This document shows positions 24,009-37,073 of a DNA stretch of 64,000 nt, one piece after another. The DNA is from Convolutriloba macropyga (taxonomy: Eukaryota). Below the pieces are notes generated by a model. That model did not search any database and was not told where the DNA came from. It worked only from the letters and a program-made list of their open reading frames with translations. Made by a program: the position numbers and the translations under genes. The stretch is taken from assembly GCF_964194025.1 (NCBI RefSeq), contig NC_134472.1, positions 63,550,001-63,614,000 of the forward strand, written 5' to 3'. Positions within the stretch are counted from its first letter, which is position 1. Each line of letters begins with the position of its first letter.

Positions 24009-27000
24009 CTAAAGCACAATTTATAGATGTCACACTCCACCAATCACTCCGTAATTTTAATCAAACTTCTCAAAATAACTTTCTCAATAAAGTGCTAAAT
24101 TAACAGCCGGTAATCGAATTCATATTTGTCCTATAAAGAGAAATGGCACAATTCTGTAGTGGAAATTGAATAAACATAACTGACTAACACCAGGCGAATT
24201 GCTCTCAAAAGACCGGCGAGCGGTTGGCTCTGGTAGTACCCAGCTTGGGAGAGATTCTAGTATGGAGGAGCGGAGTGGTGGTGGGGTGAGTGGGAGTGGG
24301 TGGGGCGGGCGGGGGGGGGGAGAGCTGAGTGGAGGGGGGTGATTTGGAGTAGGGCTGACTGAAGGAGTCAAAGTTTTACGATTGAAAACAGCCTGTAAAT
24401 GTAAAGGAACCAAGTTCCTTTATACGTTCTCTAACCCAAACACCATTTTCCTCTCCCTACATACATTTCCCTCCTCCCAAACCCTTTTATTTACTTATTT
24501 CAATTCCCCCAACCTATTTCCATTGCAACACTGCTTTTTATATTTGTTGATTTCATTAAAGAATTCAGAAGTGGTTGGCATTCACTTTCAATATTATTTA
24601 AAGTAAGGGATTTCCCCGTTTTTGACCATAACTTGTGTACCAAGGGCGAATTGTAACGTACATATAGAGATTGCTATGCTACCATGAGTGCGCCACTCTC
24701 AGAAATACAAATATTGTTGAAAAGTTGTCTTGGTATGCAAGACTTAGCCCGAAGAGCATAAACACAGCCCTTAACACCATGGAATTGTCTCTTCAAAACA
24801 ATTTTGGTGAATCGTTTCTTAGTGACTGCTAAAAAGCGTAAGGCTCTATGAGCCCTTAATGCCCTCCGGGAGTTACCTGTTTATCTCGTTTTTGAGGACA
24901 AAAAGTCAAATGTGACAGAAAAATCGGTCAAGCAAACAATCACATTAGAAAGGACCACATGACTAATATAATGCTACAAACTTCAATGAGAGCAATTAAG
25001 CAAAAAGAAATGCTCATCAAAAAAGACTAATAACCAGATAATTCTCCTAGACATTTAGTTCATTGCAAAATAAGCTACCACCTACTGCGAACACGAAACA
25101 CTCTATAAAATCTTTGTATTTTTGTAATAATTTTTGGATGAACAAAAAAGTCACACAGTTATCGACACTATTCAAAAAAACTATGTAAAAATATTCAGCG
25201 ACAACTTTAAAAAGCTTGTTAAAATTTATTGCACAGAAACTTTTTCACTAGGGACCTTTATTACAAATATGAATTCCTTTGACCTTAAACTAATTCAAAT
25301 TAAGCTTGAAAGTGCAAAAGTCAATTTTATTGAGTGAGGTAAGTCTCGTATGATCAAAATCTAATCACGCAAATGAGCTTAAAACGTTGACTAAAGAAAG
25401 TGAGAATGACGTCACGCGCACAAATGCTGTTGGCGAGAGGAAGAACTCATTCAGAAAATTTGATTTTTTCAGCTTTGCTGTGGAAGCAAATGTAAAACGA
25501 AAAAGAGCGTCAGACGTCGAAACAAAAAACAAAAACGCAGAAGTTCCGGAAGCGACTCGAAGAGTCGGAATTTTTATCTTACAACTCTCATTCTTTACCT
25601 CAGCAAATTTTATGAATATAATTGTTACAAAAATTATACCTCATAACGACAAAGATTCGAGCATAAACATCATTAAAATTAGCTAAAAAAAACTATATCA
25701 TTTGGAGATCATAAGAAGATACGTAGAAATTTATATCCAAAGACAGACAACGCTCAATGTGATATCTTGATACTAAAAAACCTAACATTAATAGAAACAT
25801 ATCTTAACGTTGACAATTGGACAAACTTCATAGGATGGAAAAATATTCAGGCTCAAACTGACCAGGCTAAAATTTTCTTCCAAATTACTATTTATAAATT
25901 TTTAATCAAAAACTCAGAGCTCCTCACCTAAATCTGCTACCCAAAAGACACAGTCGTTAGGCATAAAGCAGGTATCACTCTGAGAAACCAAACTGCATTC
26001 CTCAAAAAAGTTAAATTAAAAGGATTCAACAAAACAAATCTTTTGGCGTCACAGCACTTCAAAGACAAAAATAAAATAAATTCATCATTTGTTAGAAATA
26101 GCGTACAAAATGAATTCAAACTATTGCAAAATTTAAATAATCTCTATATTTCTTAAAAAAGAATCGAGTAACTCACAAAGGCAAAAATTCGTTTTTTAAG
26201 AACCTAGACCCAAAAAAATCAAAAACTAAAAGCAATTGAATTTTCCACGACTTATACCAGCAAAGTCTGAGCAATGCATCGTATATGAAATAAATTGCAA
26301 AACAACAAAAAATTGTTGTGCGAAAAAGAGGTTGAAATGCTCTCAAACAACCGGCGAGCGGTTGGCTTCGGTAGTACATAGCTGGGCTCAGAGATGCATG
26401 CATTGGGAGTTGGAGAGGGAGCTGGGGTAGGGTTGCGAGCTCTGGACGAGAAGGGGGTCCAATCTGCCAGGTGGCAGAGGGTGAGTGGGGCGAGTGTGGG
26501 GGAGATGCGTGGGGGAGGGAGTCAAATTCAAGATCAAGAACCGCCCTTCAGACAATGAAATGGTTCCCTCAAAATGGTTTTGCTGCATCGCATTCTTAGA
26601 CTGTAAAGGCATAAATCTCTAAAAAGAACTGTGTATCCTCCCAGCATTACCTGTTTATCCCGTTTTGGAGGACCAAAAATCAAGTGGGTCAGACGAAAAA
26701 TCGGTCGAGCGAAAAACCGTTAACAGATCACAGTACTAATATAATCGCTACCACCTTCGTTTGAGAGCAATTAAAAAACATACGACAAAACGTCGGAAGA
26801 ATTGCTCTCGAACGACTAGTGGGAGCTCTAATCAATTTCAGCCTGCTTCAGTACGGGGGAGGGGGAGCCTAAACAGGACTAAAAAGTTCAATAGTGGGCT
26901 TCAAATAACCTCATTAGAGGTTAACATATACCATTATTAAGATTTAAATATAAAAATGGCACCAGTTTCGGCGCACTTTTCAATTGACTTTTAGTACTAA

Positions 27001-29390
27001 ATTGCCGCCAATTGAACTCAGCTGCTTGAAATTGTGATTGAGAATTTTAGATCACGCGAAACGCAAAAAGTCAAGGGCGTAAAAGTCACTCGAAAAGCCA
27101 AAATTGTCAAGCGAAAATTTTGCATAAAGAAGACACACACGTTTACAATAATTGCTACGAACTTCCTTCAAAAGCAATCAATCAGATATTAAAAAGTTTT
27201 AGGTCTGAGGAGAATGCTAGAAAGATACACGCTAGAGCATGGATAATACGAAAAGATTGCGAAAAATAGAGAAATATGTTCCTATTTTGCACTAAAAACG
27301 CATTATTAGGCTCTAAAAAACATTGTATCAAAGTTAGAGAGTAATAAAATCATGTAGCATTGGTCAAAAACTATTTATACAAAAAAGAAAAAAATTACAA
27401 GGACAGAAATAGAGCCAAATGGGCGAAAAACGGCCAAAAACGGTTATCTATCTGCACCATTCTCTCAAACATAGCTGGCAAATTGCCAGAAAATAGCCGC
27501 AATAGCTTCATAGATCTGTAGTCTCAAAAAACAAAAAAAGGTAAAAAAAAGACAGACTAAAAAAGAAACTTATTCTTTTCATTAAGGGCTGAGATGTTAA
27601 ATTTTGATTAAGAATCTATAACTTATTTCTGTTTCTAGTAGCTACTCTTAAACACCCTTCAATTAGAATGATACACCCTCACTTGACCTTATCTCTTTGA
27701 ATTAAAGTAAAGTAAAATTCAGAGTGAGGAAGTCAGTTTTGAGAGTGAGGTAAGTCACGTGTGATCAAACATTTAATCACGCGAATCAACAAAAAAAAAT
27801 AGCTCCACTAAGAGTGAAAAATGACGTCACGCACGCAATTCAGTTGAAATTGCATGAACGAATGAACAAAAATCAGATTTGAATGAATGTGACGTCATAT
27901 GGTCGTAACAAAAATCTTGACGACGAAATAAATAAAAAAACGAAGAGAAGGCCAATAATTGCCTCAGCTATCTCTTCGCGGCTATTAAACACAGTTTTCA
28001 AAGTAGAAAAGTCATTCACTGAACGCAGCGCATCATAAAACTTCTCCCGCTCAGAAAAATAGCCGCCAGATTGACGGAAAATAGCCGCGATAGACGCTTG
28101 TGGCGCTACACGAATTGAAACAACTATAGAAATAAAATAGACAGATCGACCACCAGTCCTTTAATAGACCACTAGACTTTTTGGGTTAGCTTCGGACTGT
28201 CATTTTTATGAGACACATAAGCTCTATAAGGAGAAAGCCCTAATAGGGCTTTTCAAAATTAGGATCTCTTCCGTTTGTGCCCTCTCAGCTTAGTGGGTGC
28301 ATATTATTAGCACCCACCCAGATGCACGTGCAATATTTGGGGGGGGGGGCAAAAACGGAAAAGATCCCAAAATTAATATTCGAAATCAAAAACTCAAGAC
28401 TCTAATATTCAAGAATTAGGGCATATGTTTGGCACTACTTAGATGCACACTATTGACCTTTAATAAGTTAAATGCTCATAAAATTTAAAATTTCATAAGT
28501 GAGCTCAGAAGTCATGTTTTTGAGTGAGGTAAGTCAATTCCAAGAAGTCACGGTAAGACGAAACAAAAATCTGTTAGACGAAGTAAAAAAACATAGCAGG
28601 ACAAGTCCTGACGTAAAATTCAAAGAATTTTCATTGACTTAACAAACAACTAGACCTAGAACGGACAATGGGTGAATTGGGAAAACCATTTCTAAAAAAA
28701 ATCAGATGAAAAAAAAAACAGAACATCAATGTCAAAATGCTGCTAGGGAGAACATAACAACAAAAAAACACTAGTGCGATATGTAATTTTGATTCTAACA
28801 AAAAACTAGGTCCAGAAAGAGCTGTGAATGGATTGGGAAAACTATTTAAAAAATCCGATCCAAAAAATAAAAAAAACAGTAAAAATCAGAGTGAAATTTC
28901 CGCATGTGAACAAAAAACCACAAAAACACTACCGAGGAACCGAATTTTTGTCCAAACACCGTTTTCTCACTCTTCTTTAAAATTAGAGCGAAAAAATTCA
29001 CGCCGCAAAACCACTCGCTTTTTCGCTCCATTTCCCGTTTCGGCGTGACCAAAATCACCACTCCAATTTGACTTCAAAAATCATGAAAATGTGTGAGCAG
29101 ATCTTAAAAAAAAGACAGCGCCCCAATGCAATTCAAATTCTTTGAATTGTAAAAAATTAGGACCGCTATAATAGCCGCCTAGAATTGAGGACGCGGTTAT
29201 TAAAAATTAGTTCATATGACAATTTTCTCTTTTAAGGTCAAAACGATTTTTGAATAAATTGTACTTCCGGTTTAAAAACCTAAAGAAAACCAGTACTCCT
29301 CTTCGAGTCGTAAAAAAACAAGAGCACCGCAATATAGCTCTGCCGCTCAGCTTACAGTTTCGCAGCTATAAAATCAATTTGTAGACTAAC

Positions 29391-29493
29391 CGCTTGACTG
29401 ATGGCATCCAGATGGACTAGTTGAAGTCTCTGATTGATCTCAGTCCTCCTGGACAAAAGCCAGCAGCCAAAGTTGTGACTGGACAAAAACTGT
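29391..29493 (-). CDS. DENND6: DENND6 exon (QFLSSHNFGCWLLSRRTEINQRLQLVHLDAISQA)
   Basis: Read by hand; FL-x-S-x-NF-x-x-W motif; TTTCAG| and GCG|GTTAGT; phases consistent. Confidence 0.85.
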
Positions 29494-31690
29494 CTGAAAC
29501 ACAAAACAGTTCTCCAGACCACAAAAATAAATGCTACACATTAGGTGGTATCAGCCACATATGAGATCAATGTCTTATCCCCCTTTCAACTTGCAATTAG
29601 TCGAGACAGAAAATCATACCCGGCAGATTGCCGGAATAGCTGCGAAAGAATAGACCTGCATGCCATATAATAGAGATAGAAACAGATACAGATCTAAATT
29701 GAAAAAAAATCGACGCCCCTCAAAAAACTAGGCTAAAAAACATTCAGCGATAAATCAATGAAGCTTGCTAAAATTCATTCCACAGAAGCCTCTTATTAGG
29801 GACCTTTATTGCACATATGAGTTCCTTTGACCTTAAACAAATTCAAATTAACCTTAAGTTTTAAAGTGCAAAAGTCATTTTATTGAGTGAGGTAATTCAC
29901 GTATGATCAAAATCTAATCACATAAATAACCTGAAAACTTTTAGTAAAGCGAGTGAGAAATTGCGTCACGCGCGCAAATGCCGTTAGTGAGAGGAAGAAG
30001 TCATTCAGAAAATTTGACTTTTTCAGCTTTGCTGTGTGAACACATGTAAAACGAAAAAAGAGGGTCAGACGACGAAACAAAAAACATAGCCGGAAGAATT
30101 CCGGAGACGACTCGAAGCGTCAGAACTTCACTAACAAAACCGTAATTGCAACGGAAGCCTCTGTATTAAACCATTACCTCACTTGTATTAAACCATTAAC
30201 TCACTACCTCCCCAGGTCTGCTATAAAAATTGGTGAAACTTAAACCACTGTCAACAAGAGAAACAAAATGCAGCAAAATTTTATATTATTGAAAACCTTT
30301 GGTAACGTTAAAAAATCAAAAATAATTAAGGTGGTCAAAAACCTGATAGTCTGAAAAACTGACAAGGTTATCAATAGCCCTCAAATAATTCATGATTCTA
30401 ATCTGAAAAAGATCGCGAAAGCAAACGGCAGATAATAATCTTAGAAACTAAGTTAAATCTTTTCAAAAAAGACAGCTCAAATTTAAGAATCAAAAAGCAC
30501 CTATAATTCCACTTCTAATCACAGCAATTAAGACAAAAAACAACACACAAATGTTCCTTCTTGTAAATAAGCTAGACAACATGACTTCATACTAAATCAA
30601 AAATAAAATTGATCATAGAAAAGACATAAGCAGCAAATTATTCAAAGGCAAAAAATCGTTTTAATTAATACTAAGGCCGGAAGAAAGCTGTAGTAATTAG
30701 TCATAAGAGGAAAATTTAGAAAAAGCTTGCTATCAAACTCTCAGTACTGCCTTATGTTGAATGAAATCAATTGCAAACCAAAGAAATGACGAAAATCCTC
30801 CTGAAGAGAACAAAAAAAGGAAAAAGCAGAATTCATAAATACGAAACATTTTGCAAAAAAGGGTCAAAGAACTTTCAAGTTAAGACTGCATTTAAGAAAA
30901 AGTTTTAACTGTTTTTTCAAAACCTAAAGCCAAAAAATGATTGAATTTTTATTGAAACGAAATTAAAGTCCCTCCTGTTGCACAAAAAAACCATTTCTAG
31001 CAATTACAACCAAAATACAAACGAAAAACTGACAAAAATCGAAAAAAACTACCAAAATCGGATTAGCATTTGTACAATTTTATGAAACAAATTACATCGA
31101 GGTAGACAGAGGCGTTGAGTATAGGAATTATCAAAGAGGAGTTGCCATATTAACTGATTTTTGACAAAAAGACGGTTAAAAGATCCAAAAATAAAGAAAT
31201 TAATATTAAAAAAGCCAAAAATTAACTAAAGAATCAAGAATTATGTGCCAATTTTAAACTTGAAACGCATTTTCAGGCTCTGCAAAACACTGTGGTATCA
31301 ATTTCCGAGGTTGACATTTCAATATAGTACCGAATAAAATCTATTTCTACAAGAAACCAAATTAGAAGCAAAAAAATTGGGCCACTTAGACGAAAAAACG
31401 GCTAAAAGCGGTCATGTGAAGGGGGGGTTGTCTTGAGCTTCTATGGCCTCTTTTCAAGAAGCCGTGTAAACTCGCGTCTTGCTTTGCAGTCTCTTGTTTG
31501 GTCAGTTCTTGGTTTTGCGTCTGTTCGTCAGGATTGGGTAAGAGAATAGAGATGAGGTAGATGTCAGTTTGGACCTTGCATTGCTTTGTCGTCTTAGGCC
31601 ACCAAAAGAGAAGTAAGAAAGTCGTTAATGTCTTGAAGGTCGGGAAGAAAAAGTTGAATTGTATTTGTAAAGATTTAGAGGTTTGTCCAT

Positions 31691-34359
31691 TTAAGTTGGA
31701 ACGTCAGGTGATGTATTTGAAAGCCGCTCAATTGCTGTTTGGAACAGTATCGTCTGTATCGGAGTCCTGAGATAGCTGTCGGTTTGTACTGTCTTCAGTT
31801 CATCTTGGATGAGTTCTCTTATAGAGGAGTTGTACTTCGATGCTCGTTTCAGGTAGTTGATGTTGCGACTTGTTAAGTATTCAGTTATGGTCGGTATGTT
31901 AGCTCTGCTGTGTACTTCTGTCGTGGATGTCCAAGAAGGTAGATCTAGTGCTGTCTTCAGTGCTCTGTTTTGTAGTATCTGTAGTCTTTGTAAGAGTGAG
32001 TTCGGAGCATTGGCCCAGGCTGGTGAGGCGTACTCCATGATTGGTCTGATAGTCATCTTGTAAAGTTTGATTAGGCTTTTAGAGCTGATTCCTTTAGCTT
32101 TGAGTATTTTGAGTCCGTTTGTCCTGGCGAAAACTTTCTGTTCAACTTTGTTGATGTGCTCTGTCCAAGTCAAGCTGTCTGATATTTTTACTCCTAAAAA
32201 GGTTGTTTTCTTTGTTGTCTTCAATTGCGCTCCTTTGAGGGTCAGTAGTTGTTGTTTGTCTTTCAGTCGAGTGATGAGCATGAAGTGCGTCTTGTCAGGA
32301 TTGAGTTTGATCTTCCACAGGTTGCACCAGTGGTCAAGTGTGTCGAGTGCTCTTTGTAGTCTTAGATGGCTGCTTTGCAGGTTGCGTTGGTCGTGTAGAG
32401 TGCTATATCATCTGCATAATGGGAGACATTGGCTGTTGCTACTTCGGGTTTACTGACATAGATGTTGAAAAGAACTGGACTTATAACTCCTCCTTGAGGG
32501 ACACCGGCACTTGGGACGAAGCTCTCTGCTACAGCTTGCTGGTACACAACTTTTAGTTCTCTGTTCTTGAGGTAGTCTTTGGTCCATTTGATGATCCACA
32601 TTGAAACTTTGTTCTCCTGGAGTCTATAGAGTAGTCCCTTGTGCCACACTGCATCAAATGCTTGTTGTACGTCAAGAAAGACTGCTGCAGTTGGTCGATT
32701 CCAGAGAGCTTCGCTGAAGGCGTGTTGAGTCAGGCATAGCAGATTGTCAACAGTTGATCTCTTCGTTCTGTATGCACCCTGGGTGTTTCTGAATACGTTT
32801 AAGTCCTCGCAGTGTTTGATCAGATGCTCCTTTACAATAATTTCGCCTAGTTTGCCAATGCAGCTCGTCAAAGAGAGGGGTCTGTAATTCTTGATGTTCG
32901 TGTGATCCTTGCCTGGTTTAGGGAGCATGCAGACTTTAGCCTTCTTCCAGCACGTTGGTATCTTGCCTCGTTTGAGCGATTCTTGAATGAGTTCGCAAAG
33001 GTTCTCTATGATGTTGTCTGGCAGTTGTTTCATCTTATAAGAAACTTGGTCATCGCCTGGGGCTGTGTTCTTTCTCTCAGAAATCAGTCGTCTAAGCAGT
33101 TGTGGTCGTACATCAGTTTGCCAGTGTTCTCTTGGTGTTTCATAGGCGTCTATCGCAGCTTCGTCAATACTTCTCTCAACTTCTTCTTGATGATCGCTCG
33201 CTTCAGTTGTCTCGGGTCAATGCGTCACCGTGGTCTGCTGGAGGGAGTTTGCGAAGCTGTTTGCAGCCTCTTGTGTAGTCATCTTGAGTCGATTTGTGCT
33301 GTGCTGATTGTCTTTGTTGAGTCTGTGGAAGGCCTTCCAGAAGTTCTGGCAGTTTTTGTCGTCATTGAGCTGTTCAATCAGTTTGTTCTCTTGTTGTTGC
33401 TTCTCAAGCCTAATTGTTCTGGTCAGTTGTTTTGAAACTCTGTTTAGTTCAGTTGTCCGTTCTCTTTCGTCCATATCACCCCTTAGTCCATTTCGTCTGA
33501 GTTTTCTGACTCTCCTCTGTATTCGATGCTTGGTCTCGATTAGATTGGCTATTTCTTTGTTGGAGCTTCGTCGTTGAGGTCTTAGGCAGTCGTCATAGCA
33601 GCGCTTGATGTGAGTTGCCAGCTCTTTAGCCTTCTCATCTAGTTCATCTGTGCTGTTGGTGAATTCCGCCACTTTCCTCTTGAACTGCTTCCAATCTGGT
33701 CTTAGGTAGTAGGGTTTCGGAGCATTGATGTTAAATTGGCTTATCGTCATTAGATGATTACTTAAAGTTCCGTCTGCAGTGTGAAAAGATGCAAGGTCCG
33801 AGGCGAGGTCAATCGTGCTGAGATGGAGATCTAGGATTGATCCACTCTTGTGCGTTGCACTGTCGTCATTCAGCAGCACAAGGCCGTCATCTAGTCGTTC
33901 CTCTACTGTTCGTCCAGTTGCATTGAAGCTGTATGATTTGGGTTTGATGTATGGACATTTGATGTTGAAGTCACCCAGTATGAGAGTTCTTCTGTTTGAG
34001 TATTGGAGGTGGGTCGGTTCGATGGCTAAGTCAGGAGAGCAGTAGATTAGTATGATGTCGATGTTGGAGTCCGTGAGTCTGATGTGTAGCATCTCCTTGG
34101 TCTTGGAGTCTGGTTTTACAACATTGATGTTGATGAGCTTGAAGCTGAGTCCGCGTCTAACATAGATGGCTGAGCCATGTTTGTTATCGTCAATGCTTGC
34201 AGCTAAGATGAAGTCTTTGAGTCTTGGCGGCTGTTTTGTCTTGGTCTCATTGAAGCAGGCAACATGAGCGCCTTTGTCACTTAGTAGAGTGTCGAGTAGT
34301 CTAAGTTGGGATCTCATCCCTCTAACATTGAGTTGTAGAACTGTCAAGTTATCTGCCAT
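31691..34359 (-). pseudogene. LINE ORF2 (apurinic endonuclease + reverse transcriptase), disrupted
   Basis: APE motifs QLNVRG, NETK, LGDFN, LDL, SNH; RT motifs APGDD, YRPLSL, FLDVQQAFD, GVPQGGVISP, YADD, FLGV. In-frame TGA at 33217-33219 and a frameshift at ~32363 (continues RLQRALDTLDHWCNLWKIKLNPDKT). Confidence 0.92.
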
Positions 34360-35623
34360 GTTGAGATGTGATTTTGTGGCTGGCGAAGTATTGTTTGAAT
34401 TCTTTCACTTTTCCGTCGAACTGAGAATTGCTGATTGTCTGTCCTGTGATGAAGTTTAGAGCTTGCATGATGTTAATCTTCTTTTGTGAGGAGTCTAGTG
34501 TGCACTGTATGAGGGCTGCGAGGGTCATGAAGTTGTTCAGTTGGCTGTTTTCGATTGAACTTGTCTTTATGGTCAGCTGGGCTGTTTGGTCTTCTAAAGT
34601 CTTTACTCTCTGTGTTAGTTTGTCTTCGATGTTGCTGAGTCTCTCATTCATTGTCTCTAACATCTTCTCTATCTTCGTGAAAGCGGTAGAGGTTTCTGGT
34701 TGACTCTTCTTGACTGCTTGAGCATAGCTGATTGACTTTGCCTCCTGGTACTTTGCACATCCTCGGTAGTTGGAGGAGTGGTTCTCTCCACAGTTTGGGC
34801 ACTTAGTTTCTTGTTCAGCTTGTGCGCAGTCTTTGACAAGATGCTCACCTCCGCATCTTCTACACTTTAGGTTGTTGCAGCATTCATGGCTCCTGTGTCC
34901 AAACTCGAGGCACTTGAAACATTGGATGACTTGAGGCTCTTGTCTCGATTTCTCACATCTCTTGCGTTGGTTGAAGATAGAGACCCCATTTTCTACCGCT
35001 GTTCTTGCGTTGGCTTCAGAGGAGGTGAACACTCTAACTAGTCGGGTTGGGTTGTTGGTAGCTCTGCTAGTAATTCTGTGGACAGTCTCAGCGTCAATGT
35101 GTTGGCTCTGTAGCTCGGTCTTGATGTCATCAGTTTGTATATCGAGATCGATGTTTGTTATCACAAAGCTTGGCTTTGAGTCGTTGGTGGTCATGGTGCT
35201 CAGTCTAACTTTGCTGGTGGGGAAGGCTGCAGTAACTTTGCTCGGGGTGATTGTCTTTGCTATGTCAGTGGTTTTTGGCTTGATGGAGAAGCCTTTGCCG
35301 TTCTTGGACTTCCTTAGTTCTCCATAGTTCTGGCAGTTGGTCAGGGCAATCAGCTTGAGGTTGAAGTCTTTGAGGCTCGGTACTGGTGTGTCAAAAGAGA
35401 AGTAGATCACTTTGGGTTTGTCACTTCGGGTTCGTCGGACTTTGGAGCTTCTTCGGGGACCACTATCTTGGGCTTTTCTCTTGGTTCCTTGATGACTGAC
35501 AGAGCTAATGTTAGTCAAGGCGGTCGTATTTAGGCTCTGGTTGGCATCTGAGCAGTTCACTGCGTTGTTGTTCATCGAGCTGTTGGGGAAGAAGGGTCGA
35601 GCGAGGGGGTTTCGGTGTGCCAT
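34349..35623 (-). CDS. LINE ORF1, gag-like nucleic-acid-binding protein with three CCHC zinc knuckles
   Basis: CFKCLEFGHRSHEC, CRRCGGEHLVKDC and CPNCGENHSSNYRGC, followed by SYAQAV and a coiled coil; intact, 424 aa. Confidence 0.92.
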   Translation of the reverse strand: MAHRNPLARPFFPNSSMNNNAVNCSDANQSLNTTALTNISSVSHQGTKRKAQDSGPRRSSKVRRTRSDKPKVIYFSFDTPVPSLKDFNLKLIALTNCQNYGELRKSKNGKGFSIKPKTTDIAKTITPSKVTAAFPTSKVRLSTMTTNDSKPSFVITNIDLDIQTDDIKTELQSQHIDAETVHRITSRATNNPTRLVRVFTSSEANARTAVENGVSIFNQRKRCEKSRQEPQVIQCFKCLEFGHRSHECCNNLKCRRCGGEHLVKDCAQAEQETKCPNCGENHSSNYRGCAKYQEAKSISYAQAVKKSQPETSTAFTKIEKMLETMNERLSNIEDKLTQRVKTLEDQTAQLTIKTSSIENSQLNNFMTLAALIQCTLDSSQKKINIMQALNFITGQTISNSQFDGKVKEFKQYFASHKITSQHGR

Positions 35624-36909
35624 TGGGAGTATTCAGCAGAAGGACTCGTGTACTGAGGGGTCAGAGGCTAGGGAGAGAGGCACTTCCAGGCGGTGCTTCT
35701 GGTCTTCACCCACTATGTGGGCAGAGTTGTCTTCTTGCACCCTCTTCGTCTGGGATCGCGTCGTCTTGCACTCTCTTCGTCGGGGATCGCGGCGTCTTGC
35801 TCTTTCTTCGTCTGGGATCGCGGCGTCTAGCACTTTCTTAGATCGTCCTCGCGGCGTCTTGCTCGGTCCCCCTCTCACTAAGCGTGAAACTAGCAGCTTA
35901 CCTCCTATCTATAGGCCGTAGTGCTAGAATCAAGCCCTCAGCTCAGGACGGCTAACACCGGGATTCCTTTGCTTCAGACTAGGGCTTAGTGTTCGAGGGA
36001 ATTCTTCTTGGTACGGGGGTACACCAGGAAGCTTGCAGGTCGACTGAGCTAGCTCGAGCTTCCTGAAAAGGATGCTCGGGGTGGCGAGTGTTGCGTTCGT
36101 GAGAGTACGCCAGCCCTTTGGTGTCTAAACCTGGGCTTGTGCTCTCGACGGAACCGAAATGCAAGTGGTACCGCCAACACTCTAACTTATAGCACCAGGT
36201 ACTCTTGACTTAGTGCGAGCTAGCTCAGGAGTAAGTGCTTTGGTGCCCGGGTCGTCCCGCGTAGACTCAGCCTCAACTCCCGCGTAGTGTAGATTGGCAG
36301 CGCAGTTCTGGCAGGGGGCCTTTGGGAAGGGGGGTGGCGCGCAACTAAAGCCTCGCCTCTTGGAAAAGAGACTAAGAGTCTAACTAAGTCGGCTTATCGT
36401 CGTTGCTGAGAAAGTGTTATACTGCGAACTCTTCATCTAGCTCCTCATCTGTCGTCTTGCAGTTGTAAATGGTTGTAAAAACGGCTAAAAGCGGTCATCT
36501 GTATGTGCAATTCAGTCAAAAACTACTTTTCAAAGTCAAAAAGTCATTCACTAAACGCAGCGCATGATCAAAAACTTCTCTCGCTTAGCGAAAAACTGTT
36601 CACCAAGACAGCTTTTCTCACTTTCGCTTTTAGGTCAAAATGCCGCGTGAACAAATCTACTTCCTGTAAAAAAAACCGAGAAAACCAATACTCCTCTTCG
36701 AGTCGTAAAAAAACCAAGAGCACCGCAATATAGCTACGCTCAGCTTACAGCTTCGCAGCTATAACAAAACTTAAACCATTTATGTTGGGTTTGTACTACT
36801 TCGCACTCAATATACATCATTTGAGGATCTATGATTACAAATACACAAGCAAAAATGTCATTCGAAATTGAAAACCACGTGATTCCCCGACCCAGTGAAC
36901 AATAATAAC

Positions 36910-37073
36910 CTGTAAAGTCCCACCCAGTCACCCTTCAGTCCTGAGGTGAGTTGTGGGCCTGCTCTCTCGATGTGTTTGAGGAAGTCACTGGCCACGAATG
37001 GCTTCAACTGTGGCGACTCTCTCCACGGACACACTGTCTTGGCAAGGGGCATCAGGGTAGACAGGTAGTGCTC
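36910..37073 (-). CDS. DENND6: DENND6 exon (EHYLSTLMPL..GPQLTSGLKGDWVGLY)
   Basis: Conserved GPQLTS..KGDW-x-GLY; GTTAG| and AG|GTTATT. Confidence 0.88.

Larger units (their letters stand above)
31416..36476 (-). mobile_element. Full-length non-LTR retrotransposon (Jockey/I-group-like LINE), inactivated
   Basis: Exact 22-bp TSD AAAAACGGCTAAAAGCGGTCAT at 31394-31415 and 36477-36498; gag-like ORF1 plus APE-RT ORF2; no RNase H seen. Confidence 0.95.
29612..36762 (-). mobile_element. Composite Helentron-like element (outer IR ATAGCTGCGAA/TTCGCAGCTAT; inner family C 30083-36708) containing the LINE
   Basis: Matching IR pairs bracket the LINE at two nested levels. Confidence 0.6.

Noticed and set aside
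35633-35878. Arg-rich upstream ORF in the LINE leader
   Set aside because: Non-ATG start and largely produced by the 30-bp tandem repeat.
36230-36324. HDV-like ribozyme at the LINE 5' end
   Set aside because: The nested double pseudoknot could not be assembled by eye; needs a descriptor search.
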